Source: a virus (lineage: Duplodnaviria; Caudoviricetes). Taken from it: 38,494 nt of DNA. Where the stretch lies: the IMG/VR virus record IMGVR_UViG_3300019784_000376, positions 1 to 38,494 of that record, one strand, 5' to 3'. Positions 19,506 through 27,534 of the stretch are shown in pieces. Within the stretch, counting starts at the first letter, position 1. Each line of letters starts with the position of its first letter. The position numbers were made by a program, and so were the translations under genes. Below the pieces are notes generated by a model, which saw only the letters and a list, made by a program, of their open reading frames with translations, had not been told where the DNA came from and made no database searches.

Positions 19506-19915
19506 TGAGTTTCTTATTCGGTGTAATCGCTGCATCATATGACACAACAACACCACCGCCTCCGCCCCCTCCACCACCGCCACCAACTTGTACACCTGTG
19601 TGTGGTGACTGGAGTTACACATATGGAGAATGGTCTGCTTACTCTGCCTGTGTAGATAGTATTCAAACCAGAACTCGTACTGTAAGTGGCACAAGAACTT
19701 GTACAGCATCTGACTGCTCTACATATACAGAGACTTCATCAACAACTGAAACAGAGTCTCAGGCTTGTTCTTCACCACCACCAACTACTACTTGGTACTG
19801 CACCACTTCATTTGGTGGGACCTTCACCTCAACCTCAGATGTATCTTTTACTGGTGAGTGTTCAGAGACAGTTGCCTGTTCAACAAGCGGGTATCCAAGC
19901 CCTCCACCTTGTTAA
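19505..19915 (+). CDS. Cys/Pro-rich tail-associated protein with a thrombospondin type-1-like motif
   Basis: Poly-Pro run; GDWSYTYGEWSAYSAC...QTRTRT...RTC...ESQAC. Confidence 0.6.
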   Translation: MSFLFGVIAASYDTTTPPPPPPPPPPPTCTPVCGDWSYTYGEWSAYSACVDSIQTRTRTVSGTRTCTASDCSTYTETSSTTETESQACSSPPPTTTWYCTTSFGGTFTSTSDVSFTGECSETVACSTSGYPSPPPC

Positions 19916-19935
19916 TGTAACAAAGAAAGGGACAA

Positions 19936-20133
19936 ATGAGTGACGATGTAAAGCCTTGGGATATGTTCAATGGCACTCCCAGGGCAACGCCAGAAGAGGC
20001 AGAACGCAGATTTAATACTTGCAAATCCTGCCCAGAATTGGTAGAATTAACCTCCACTTGTAAGAAGTGTGGATGCTTTATGTATATGAAAACTAAGTTA
20101 CAACCAGCAACTTGCCCGTTGGGCAAATGGTAG
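19936..20133 (+). CDS. Small Cys-rich metal-binding protein
   Basis: R...CKSC...CKKCGCF...K......CPLGKW. Confidence 0.7.
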   Translation: MSDDVKPWDMFNGTPRATPEEAERRFNTCKSCPELVELTSTCKKCGCFMYMKTKLQPATCPLGKW

Positions 20134-20148
20134 ACAATAGGGGACAAA

Positions 20149-20913
20149 ATGTCTAAGTATAACAAACCAGTAATAGGCAAACCAGCACCAGCACCTAAGG
20201 GTAAGGGAACACTTACTATCGCTTGGTGCGATAACGGTATGGTGGATGGAAAGTTTACAGAAGGATTGATGGCTATTGGCGTACAAGCACCAGCCAATGG
20301 AATCCCTATTAGTCACACACTACGTGTGCAGGGTAACCAGATTGGTCGTCAACGTCAAGCACTGACAGACCATTGGATTGACAACATTGAATCCGATTGG
20401 ATTCTATGGATTGACTCTGACATTGTAGTTGACATTCATATGATTGCCCAACTGTGGGACTTGGCAGATGCAGTGCATCGTCCAATCGTTAGTGGTGTTT
20501 ACTTTATCTCAAAGGAAAGAGAAGGAAGCCTTGCTTCCCCAGTTCCTTGTATCTTTAATCGCGTAACAGATAATGCTATCCAGCACATCCATCCACTACC
20601 CGAGAATCAACTTATCAAGATTGACTCAGCAGGTATGGGTCTAGTGATTATGCACCGTAGCGTATTTGTAAAACTACGCGAGATGTTCCCTAATCAGTCA
20701 CTCTTTGCAGAGCAAGAAGGATTGGGAGATAACTTTGTTGGTGAGGATATTGTCTTCTTCAACAAGGTTCATCGTGCTGGCATCCCTGTTCACGCACATA
20801 CAGGAATCATTGCAGCGCATATGAAAAGATTTGCTTTAGACCACGACTACTACAGCCTGTACTGGGGTATGGTTGAAATGAAAAAGAAGTTACAACAACA
20901 AACAAAGGAGTAG
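20149..20913 (+). CDS. Glycosyltransferase, GT-A fold (GT2-like)
   Basis: WILWIDSDI (DxD), IVSGVY, AGMGLVIMHRSVF, GEDIVF and a C-terminal His. Confidence 0.85.
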   Translation: MSKYNKPVIGKPAPAPKGKGTLTIAWCDNGMVDGKFTEGLMAIGVQAPANGIPISHTLRVQGNQIGRQRQALTDHWIDNIESDWILWIDSDIVVDIHMIAQLWDLADAVHRPIVSGVYFISKEREGSLASPVPCIFNRVTDNAIQHIHPLPENQLIKIDSAGMGLVIMHRSVFVKLREMFPNQSLFAEQEGLGDNFVGEDIVFFNKVHRAGIPVHAHTGIIAAHMKRFALDHDYYSLYWGMVEMKKKLQQQTKE

Positions 20914-20916
20914 TTA

Positions 20917-23115
20917 ATGCCATATGGTGATGATATTACGGAAGGTTTACCGTTTCCACTATCTAATCCTAATAGTGTAAAAACTTACACGGTTACGGGC
21001 GCAGCCTATGACCTATCGGTCAATGGACTTCCATTCTTTGTTTATGCTACAGATGAAACTCCTTATCGTCGTCAGACTGCTGAGTATCGCAAGCAACAGG
21101 TTGACCAATCCACAGAACCAGGTGAGCAAACGCTTACTGGTTGGTGGCTTCGTTCACAGTCATCATTCCATAATGGTACTGGCATTAACTTCTATGACCC
21201 ATCATCTGGCGAAGAGGTTGCTTACCGCTTCAATGACAGCAAGGGTGTAAACGTTTGGAATAAGGGCAATGCAACCTTGCTTAACTCCTGCATTGAGAAC
21301 CACGTTACAACTGGAGCAATCGCTAGCAATGGCAGACCTTTTCAGTTCTTGCGTTCTATCCAATTCAACAACACACCAGCAGCATTGCTGCATGATGAGT
21401 ATGATGTTGACAAGGTATACAACCCAATTACTTACTCAATCAACAACAAAGCATTAACATCTAACGTTGCTACACTGACAACCACAGTAAATCATACCTA
21501 TGTAGTTGGTACACAAGTAACAATATCTGGTGTAGATGCAACCTTTAATGGTGAATACAGTATTACTGCGGTAACAAGCAATACTTTCTCTTACGCTAAG
21601 ACAGCAACCAACGTTACATCTACCGCAGTGACTCCAGTAGGTACAGCGTCTAGTACTGTCACTCACTTTATTGATTACAATTCTGGTTCGGACCGACCAG
21701 TACACGCTATCTGCGATGATGGAACCACTGCATATTGGGTAACTAATAGACTACAAGGTGGCAATCAGCGTTTGACATTACTAAAGAAGGCGTTAACTGG
21801 TTCTTCTGCTACTGCAAATACTGAAATGTTTCATAGCACTAGCATTGAAGTTAACAACGCAACAATGGAATACATTAAAGACCGTCTTGTCATGGCTGCT
21901 AATAACGTGGTATATGAATTCTCTCCAGCATCAGTTGCTATGCCATCTGCATTGTATACACATCCATCATCTACGCATGTATACACAAGTATAACAGCAT
22001 CAGGTCCAGCAATCTACCTTGCAGGATACAATGGTATTCAATCCACAATTCAAAAGTTTACGCTGACAACCACAACTGGTGCCATGCCTGTGCTAACATC
22101 AGCAATTACCGCAGCAGAAATGCCAACTGGTGAAAGAATTTTTAAAATTTATTACTACCTTGGCAAGATGCTAATCGGAACCGACAAGGGTATTCGTGTT
22201 GCAACCGTTTCAGACCAAGATGGTTCCATTATATATGGCCCATTGATTGTTGAAACAACTCAACCATGTTATGATTTCACTGCCCGTGACCGCTATGTCT
22301 GGTGCGCTACCAGTGTTAATGGTGAGCCTGGCGTTATCAGAATTGACCTAGAGCAAGAAATCAAGCCATTTCGTTTTGCCTACGCAAATGACATTTATTA
22401 CCCAACTGGGGATACTACTCATCCAACAACTGCGTGTGCATTCCTTAATGGAACAGATGACTTGGTGTTCTCAACTGCTTATGCAAGTGGAGCCGATGGA
22501 CACGTGTACCGCGAGAACCCGTCTGCATTAATGGAGTCTGGATATATTACTACTGGCAAGATTCGCTACGCTACTCTTGAGCCTAAAGTGTTTAAGATTG
22601 TTAAGGCTCTAGTTGATAACACCAACGGTGGATTAACTATTGAGTCTATCGACACTACTGGTTTCCCACGCACCATCGGTAACTTTGCACAGGGTGATTT
22701 CGTGCCAGAGGTAAACGTATCCTATCCAGTAGGTGCTCAGGAATTCATGTCCTTTAAGTTCACCATCACTCGTAGTTCAACTAACTCAGCATTGGGCCCC
22801 ATCTTTGATGGCTACCAACTCAAGTCACTACCTGCAGTGCCACGCCAGCGCATCATTCAATATCCACTTGCTTGCTATGACAACGAGAAGGATAGATTCA
22901 ATGTTCAGACTGGTCACACTGGTTCTGCGTATGACCGTCTTGGGGATTTGGAGGCACTAGAAAATTTTGGTGACTCCATCCGTGTTGACGATTTCAGAAC
23001 TGGTGAATCATTTATCGGTCTGATTGAATCAATTAGTTTCAACAACCAAACCTCTGGAGATAAAAGATTCTCTGGGTTTGGTGGCATCGCTTATCTAACC
23101 ATCCGCACATTATAA
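20917..23115 (+). CDS. Tail nozzle / tail tubular protein B-like (beta-propeller) with an inserted Thr-rich domain
   Basis: 732 aa beta-rich protein, last in the tail module; insert NKALTSNVATLTT...FNGEYSITAVTSNTFSY. Confidence 0.6.
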   Translation: MPYGDDITEGLPFPLSNPNSVKTYTVTGAAYDLSVNGLPFFVYATDETPYRRQTAEYRKQQVDQSTEPGEQTLTGWWLRSQSSFHNGTGINFYDPSSGEEVAYRFNDSKGVNVWNKGNATLLNSCIENHVTTGAIASNGRPFQFLRSIQFNNTPAALLHDEYDVDKVYNPITYSINNKALTSNVATLTTTVNHTYVVGTQVTISGVDATFNGEYSITAVTSNTFSYAKTATNVTSTAVTPVGTASSTVTHFIDYNSGSDRPVHAICDDGTTAYWVTNRLQGGNQRLTLLKKALTGSSATANTEMFHSTSIEVNNATMEYIKDRLVMAANNVVYEFSPASVAMPSALYTHPSSTHVYTSITASGPAIYLAGYNGIQSTIQKFTLTTTTGAMPVLTSAITAAEMPTGERIFKIYYYLGKMLIGTDKGIRVATVSDQDGSIIYGPLIVETTQPCYDFTARDRYVWCATSVNGEPGVIRIDLEQEIKPFRFAYANDIYYPTGDTTHPTTACAFLNGTDDLVFSTAYASGADGHVYRENPSALMESGYITTGKIRYATLEPKVFKIVKALVDNTNGGLTIESIDTTGFPRTIGNFAQGDFVPEVNVSYPVGAQEFMSFKFTITRSSTNSALGPIFDGYQLKSLPAVPRQRIIQYPLACYDNEKDRFNVQTGHTGSAYDRLGDLEALENFGDSIRVDDFRTGESFIGLIESISFNNQTSGDKRFSGFGGIAYLTIRTL

Positions 23116-23133
23116 CTCCTAGGAGCGCAAAGA

Positions 23134-23337
23134 ATGACACTAGCCAATTGGGCAGGACTAATCGTATCTATCATCGCAATCGTTACTGCTTTCAGTGGCG
23201 TAGTTAGATGGTTAGTCAAGCACTACCTATACGAACTTAAGCCCAATGGTGGGTCAAGTCTCAAAGATTCTGTCTCTCGACTTGAGTCAAAGGTTGAAAT
23301 GTTACACGAATTAGTTATTGAATTAGTAAAGAAATGA
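23134..23337 (+). CDS. Membrane protein (one TM helix plus coiled coil), lysis-associated
   Basis: WAGLIVSIIAIVTAFSGVV TM helix; AGGAG RBS; directly upstream of the endolysin. Confidence 0.7.
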   Translation: MTLANWAGLIVSIIAIVTAFSGVVRWLVKHYLYELKPNGGSSLKDSVSRLESKVEMLHELVIELVKK

Positions 23338-23343
23338 GTCAGA

Positions 23344-23799
23344 ATGAAGCCCTTTGTTGCAAGAACGGCTGCCCCTGCAGCCAAGGCAGTACTACGGCAA
23401 GCGACAGCAATCAAGCCCAAGCGCGTGAAAGCCTCCGATGGACTCCTGCCATCCCCAGCCCATTTAAATCAGAATCCTAAGTCTGACCACAATACAGGCT
23501 TTGCAGTTGATTTAACCCATGACCCAAAGGGTGGAATTGACTGCGTTGATATCTACGAAAGACTTAAGGCTGACAAGCGTGTCAAGTACCTCATCTTCCA
23601 AGGCAGGATTTGGTCTGCCCAGAACGGTGAACTTAAGTACAAGGGTGTCAACCAGCATGACAAGCATCTTCATATATCAATCAAGGAAACCTGTGGGTAT
23701 GATATCTCACCTTGGTTCCCTTGGTTAGGAACACCCACCACCATCAACAAGGTAAAGGCAGCAATCAAGCCTAAGCCAAAGAAGAAGGAGAACAAATGA
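23344..23799 (+). CDS. Endolysin, Zn peptidase of the M15/DD-peptidase fold
   Basis: SDH-x4-AVD and HDKHLHIS zinc-ligand motifs; flanked by membrane proteins. Confidence 0.75.
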   Translation: MKPFVARTAAPAAKAVLRQATAIKPKRVKASDGLLPSPAHLNQNPKSDHNTGFAVDLTHDPKGGIDCVDIYERLKADKRVKYLIFQGRIWSAQNGELKYKGVNQHDKHLHISIKETCGYDISPWFPWLGTPTTINKVKAAIKPKPKKKENK

Positions 23800-24002
23800 A
23801 CAAGAAGTTAGAAGCAATCCTTGCTACATACCTACGTGCAGCAGTAGCATCAGTTCTAGCCCTATACCTATCTGGAGTCACTGACCCTAAGTCACTACTT
23901 ATGGCAGGAATTGCAGCAGTTGCAGGTCCAGTCCTAAAGGCTCTTGACCCAAAGGAAACAGCCTTTGGACGTGGTTCAGGCAAGGCAATGCAAGTCAAGT
24001 AG
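23796..24002 (+). CDS. Holin
   Basis: 68 aa, two hydrophobic helices, ...PVLKALDP...FGRG C-terminus. Confidence 0.75.
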   Translation: MNKKLEAILATYLRAAVASVLALYLSGVTDPKSLLMAGIAAVAGPVLKALDPKETAFGRGSGKAMQVK

Positions 24003-24035
24003 TACCCTTTTAAGGGCCCTAGCAGGCCCATAGAG

Positions 24036-24087
24036 ACAAGAAACCCCCCTTCCTAAGGTAATCACCCTAGGTTGGGGGGTCTTTTGT
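24036..24087. terminator. Intrinsic terminator between convergent units, probably bidirectional
   Basis: ACAAGAAACCCCCC...GGGGGGTCTTTTGT with an inner CCTAAGGT/ACCCTAGG stem. Confidence 0.8.
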
Positions 24088-24099
24088 TGTATCTTGAGG

Positions 24100-24258
24100 T
24101 TACTTAATGTCCTCGTCGTCAGCCTCAAAGTCCTCGGCTAAATCCCATAGGGCTTCTACGTCCTTGTTAAACTTGTATCTCTTGTATCGGTTGATTAACT
24201 CATAGAATACATCTTGGGTTGCCAGACCAAGCAAGACCATCAGAAATGTTTGCAACAT
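24100..24258 (-). CDS. Small protein with hydrophobic N-terminus and acidic tail (52 aa, not in ORF track)
   Basis: MLQTFLMVLLGLATQDVFYELINRYKRYKFNKDVEALWDLAEDFEADDEDIK; AGGAG RBS; its own promoter and terminator. Confidence 0.7.
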   Translation of the reverse strand: MLQTFLMVLLGLATQDVFYELINRYKRYKFNKDVEALWDLAEDFEADDEDIK

Positions 24259-24269
24259 AGTATTATCTC

Positions 24270-24345
24270 CTATAATATATATATTATTATATAATATATA
24301 GAAGCCCCTTAAGGGCTTCTTATATAGTATATATAATTAATTATA
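24270..24345. other. Very AT-rich tract with a central GC hairpin; candidate replication origin
   Basis: TATATAGAAGCCC-CTTAA-GGGCTTCTTATATA inside nearly pure A/T sequence, just upstream of the replication genes. Confidence 0.45.
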
Positions 24346-24367
24346 CACTGAACTGAAAGAATGTCAA
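24340..24367 (-). promoter_or_regulatory. Leftward sigma70/SigA-type promoter
   Basis: TTGACA-16 nt-TATAAT on the minus strand. Confidence 0.7.
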
Positions 24368-24380
24368 GGATAAAAAATAC

Positions 24381-24410
24381 TTGACAAGATGGACTGAGTG
24401 TGGTTAAATT
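24381..24410 (+). promoter_or_regulatory. Rightward SigA-type promoter for the replication module, probably leaderless
   Basis: TTGACA-18 nt-TAAATT, followed 5 nt later by ATG 24416 with no RBS. Confidence 0.65.
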
Positions 24411-24415
24411 ATCCT

Positions 24416-24610
24416 ATGAGCATACAACTTGGAGATTACGAACTACCTGAACACGTGAGTTATTCTGCGTTCAGCACATACATTGACTGTGGATATCAAT
24501 ACTACCTTGGGCGACTAATGCAGGTACCTGAGGAACCATCAGTCTGGTCAGTAGGTGGAAGCGCCTTTCATACGGCAACAGAATTGTGGGACTTAGAGCA
24601 TGCTGAATAA
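24416..24610 (+). CDS. Cas4/RecB-like PD-(D/E)XK exonuclease, N-terminal part
   Basis: HVSYSAFSTYIDCGYQYYL...GSAFH, the typical N-terminus of this family including the first cluster Cys. Confidence 0.75.
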   Translation: MSIQLGDYELPEHVSYSAFSTYIDCGYQYYLGRLMQVPEEPSVWSVGGSAFHTATELWDLEHAE

Positions 24611-25208
24611 CCAACTGTGGGATAAAGCCTGGGCTCTAGAGTCTGATGGTAAGGACCTAACCAACGCCCGTGTTGGTGGTCGTGCCACTAAGGCTAACCC
24701 GAATAAGGAAGATGTTAACTTCTGGCAATCGACTGGACCTCAATGGGTCCAAGCATATATCGATTGGCGTAAGGCTAACTCTGACTGGAAACTGTGGAAG
24801 ACACCACAGGGTGCACCAGCAATTGAGTTAGCGATGTTACCTGATTTTGCTGGCGTGCCAGTCAAGATGATTCTTGACAGGGTGTTTGAAGTCAATGGCG
24901 AACTTGTTATCGTCGACTTGAAAACCTCTCAGCAAACACCAACCAATACACTTCAACTTGGATTCTATAAGGTCGGAATGTTAAAGACCTTTGGTATTGA
25001 TGTTAAGTGGGGGACTTATTGGATGGCACGTCAGCACGGTGTGTCACCTCTTGTTAGCCTCGAGCAGTACACAGAGGATAAACTTGAGTACCTTGTTTCA
25101 GGATTTGACAAGGCTCGCAAAGCACAAATCTTTTTACCTAACACAAACAACTGCCAATATAAATGTGGATTGACAGCACACTGTCAGTTCTCAACGAAGA
25201 TAGGATAA
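24600..25208 (+). CDS. Cas4/RecB-like PD-(D/E)XK exonuclease, catalytic C-terminal part
   Basis: ILDRV, IVDLKT, LQLGFY and C-terminal CQYKCGLTAHC. Confidence 0.8.
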   Translation: MLNNQLWDKAWALESDGKDLTNARVGGRATKANPNKEDVNFWQSTGPQWVQAYIDWRKANSDWKLWKTPQGAPAIELAMLPDFAGVPVKMILDRVFEVNGELVIVDLKTSQQTPTNTLQLGFYKVGMLKTFGIDVKWGTYWMARQHGVSPLVSLEQYTEDKLEYLVSGFDKARKAQIFLPNTNNCQYKCGLTAHCQFSTKIG

Positions 25209-25211
25209 CAA

Positions 25212-25628
25212 ATGGAAGACTGGAAACTGCAAGTCAGTTACAAGACACCTGCTGGGGATATGATTAATATCCGTGCTAATACTGCTGATGAACTCAGCGT
25301 GTTACTAGAAGGCATTGGTGATTACTCAACACAAGTAGCAGCCGTACAACGATTGGTTGTTGGTGCATACAACGCTGCCCCTTTGGGGACCACGAGTTCA
25401 ACTCCAAGCACTACGCAATTCACGTCCTCCGTTCCCAGCCAGGGGCAGGGTCCGTCACTTACACCTCCACCAAGCGCGGTAACTCCATCAGGAACAGCGA
25501 GCCCGACGTGCGTACACGGAGCGAGAATCTTCCGACAGGGAGTGAGCAAAGCCAGTGGAAAGCCTTACGCTTTCTGGGCATGCCCAACCCCACAGGGGAC
25601 TCCCGACCAGTGCAAGCCAGTAAACTAA
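25212..25628 (+). CDS. Putative DNA-binding protein with a C-terminal GRF-like zinc finger
   Basis: Pro/Ser/Thr linker, then CVHG...KPYAFWACP...QC. Confidence 0.6.
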   Translation: MEDWKLQVSYKTPAGDMINIRANTADELSVLLEGIGDYSTQVAAVQRLVVGAYNAAPLGTTSSTPSTTQFTSSVPSQGQGPSLTPPPSAVTPSGTASPTCVHGARIFRQGVSKASGKPYAFWACPTPQGTPDQCKPVN

Positions 25629-25709
25629 AACGTTGATGAAGGAACGCAGTTACCGACGCACACCGCAGAGGTGGCTGCGTTCTTTCTACAAAGAAGGGAA
25701 TGATGAAGG

Positions 25710-26492
25710 ATGCGTACACTTGTCCGCTCAGTTGGTCGTTCCAGTATCGGTGGAGAACCGCTCCCTAGTTGCTTCAAGGCATTCGAAAGTAACAAGATTA
25801 TCATTAGGCGCTCTGAGGTTTCAATGTTCGCAGCCGCGCCTGGAGTCGGAAAGTCAACACTAGCACTGGCTTTAGCGTTGAAGATGAAAGTCCCAACACT
25901 GTACATCTCAGCAGATACCAATGCACACACAATGGCTATGCGATTAGCCTCAATGATTTCAGGTAAGTCACAGACTGATGTTGAAGCATTGATGAATACA
26001 GACCATGGTTGGACAAAGGCAACACTTGCAAAGGGTAGCCACATTGTATGGTCATTTGAATCAGCACCAACACTACAAGATATTGATGAAGAAGTGCAAG
26101 CCTTTGAAGAATTATGGGGTTGCCCACCTACATTAATTGTAGTAGATAATTTAATGGATGTAGCCACCGATGGTGGCGAAGAGTTTGCATCAATGCGTGC
26201 AATCATGAAGGAGTTGAAGTATCTTGCGAGAGCGACTAACGCTGCAGTGGTTGTACTACACCACACTTCGGAGGCTGTCCAAGGTAGCCCGTGTCAACCG
26301 CGCTCCGCTATTCAGGGTAAGGTTGCTCAACTTCCTGCTCTTATATGTACCCTCGGCGTTGTTGGTACTTCTATGGGTGTTGCACCTGTTAAGAATAGAT
26401 ACGGTAGGGCTGACGCAGGAGGAGGACTCATGACATGGGTTGCTTTCAATCCTGAGTACATGTTTATTGATGATATACCAGAGAATGTTTAA
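25710..26492 (+). CDS. DnaB/RecA-like (SF4) replicative helicase
   Basis: Walker A APGVGKST, Walker B IVVDNL, VVLHHT, KNRYG arginine finger. Confidence 0.85.
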   Translation: MRTLVRSVGRSSIGGEPLPSCFKAFESNKIIIRRSEVSMFAAAPGVGKSTLALALALKMKVPTLYISADTNAHTMAMRLASMISGKSQTDVEALMNTDHGWTKATLAKGSHIVWSFESAPTLQDIDEEVQAFEELWGCPPTLIVVDNLMDVATDGGEEFASMRAIMKELKYLARATNAAVVVLHHTSEAVQGSPCQPRSAIQGKVAQLPALICTLGVVGTSMGVAPVKNRYGRADAGGGLMTWVAFNPEYMFIDDIPENV

Positions 26493-26500
26493 GGATAAAA

Positions 26501-26650
26501 ATGGAAAAGACATTAGAGATTAATTTGCATGAACAAGCAGTAGAGTTTTCTCGCTTGCTTTCTAAGCATGCAGTACAAGTTTCAAAAGATGATTGGTATG
26601 TACCTGCACAGGTTGCATTAGATATAGTCAGCGGAAGAATCAAGGAATAA
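26501..26650 (+). CDS. Hypothetical protein (49 aa, not in ORF track)
   Basis: MEKTLEINLHEQ...SGRIKE; AAGGA RBS. Confidence 0.6.
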   Translation: MEKTLEINLHEQAVEFSRLLSKHAVQVSKDDWYVPAQVALDIVSGRIKE

Positions 26651-26659
26651 GGGGAAGCA

Positions 26660-26836
26660 ATGTTAATGGATAACACACTAAAGCAGTTAAAGCAAGATGC
26701 ATATGTGCAGGGCTGGCAGGATGCAGCAGATTCAATCACATCTAAGTTTGAACAGTCACTACGAAATGCAATTCAAAATGTAGAAGTACCTAACTTTGAG
26801 GATACTAATGACAACAAGGAAGAGTCACAAGGCTAG
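26660..26836 (+). CDS. Hypothetical protein (58 aa, not in ORF track)
   Basis: MLMDNTLKQLKQDAYVQGWQDAA...; AAGGGG RBS. Confidence 0.6.
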   Translation: MLMDNTLKQLKQDAYVQGWQDAADSITSKFEQSLRNAIQNVEVPNFEDTNDNKEESQG

Positions 26837-27176
26837 AGGAGCAACCTATGAAACCGACATACGAGACTGGTTTCGAGCAAATGGATACGATTCTGAGCGA
26901 CTTGCTCGAACAGGTGCAAAAGATGAGGGCGACGTTGTTGTCCGCTCAGACTTCCTTGGTAGCATTGGCGTTATCGAATGTAAAGCCCCAGGGGCAGGCA
27001 ACGCCATTGACCTTAGTGGTTGGACAAAAGAAGCACAGATTGAAGCAACGCATTATGCAGAAGCAAGGGGGCTCGACCGTAACGCCGTCCTCCCAGCAGT
27101 ACTTATCAAGGCTAGAGGAAAATCAATAGCAGATTCATATTTAGTATTACGATTAGGAGATGTATTCGGTGAATGA
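26808..27176 (+). CDS. Holliday junction resolvase (Hjc-like PD-(D/E)XK)
   Basis: KARGATYE, GDV and IECKA motifs; GAGG RBS before ATG 26808. Confidence 0.8.
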   Translation: MTTRKSHKARGATYETDIRDWFRANGYDSERLARTGAKDEGDVVVRSDFLGSIGVIECKAPGAGNAIDLSGWTKEAQIEATHYAEARGLDRNAVLPAVLIKARGKSIADSYLVLRLGDVFGE

Positions 27177-27534
27177 TTTGCCCAGCATCAAGGCTGTACT
27201 AGAACACTATGGTGCTAGTATGCGTCGTGACCATGGGCAAGTCAACCTCAAATGTCCGTTCCACGGTGACTCACATCAAAGCGGAACAGCAAACCTAGAC
27301 GATAATCTATTCGTATGTTTTGCCTGTGGTGTACAAGGAAACAGTTTACAAATCATCGCACAACAAGAAGGGTGTGACATACGTGGCGCAGCAAAATTCG
27401 CAGAAGGAACTCTTGGGCATAGCGTCCAAGCGGTATCAGGAAAGCATCTATCAGGCAGAAGATTACCTTCGAAGCAGGGGTATAACTCTGGAGGTAGCAC
27501 GGTTGGCACGATTAGGCGTAGTCGCGGAGCCTGA
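27169..27534 (+). CDS. DNA primase zinc-binding (CHC2) subunit
   Basis: CPFHGD...FVCFACG; AGGAG RBS fits GTG 27169 (ATG 27160 is an alternative). Confidence 0.8.
   Translation: MNDLPSIKAVLEHYGASMRRDHGQVNLKCPFHGDSHQSGTANLDDNLFVCFACGVQGNSLQIIAQQEGCDIRGAAKFAEGTLGHSVQAVSGKHLSGRRLPSKQGYNSGGSTVGTIRRSRGA

Noticed and set aside
23334-23480. Nested alternate-frame ORF (MSQNEALCCKNGCPC...) in the endolysin as a spanin-like lipoprotein
   Set aside because: No signal peptide or lipobox; probably incidental
261-23728. Numerous antisense and alternate-frame ORFs in the track within the structural module
   Set aside because: They are shadows of long, codon-biased + strand genes, with no RBS or recognisable motifs
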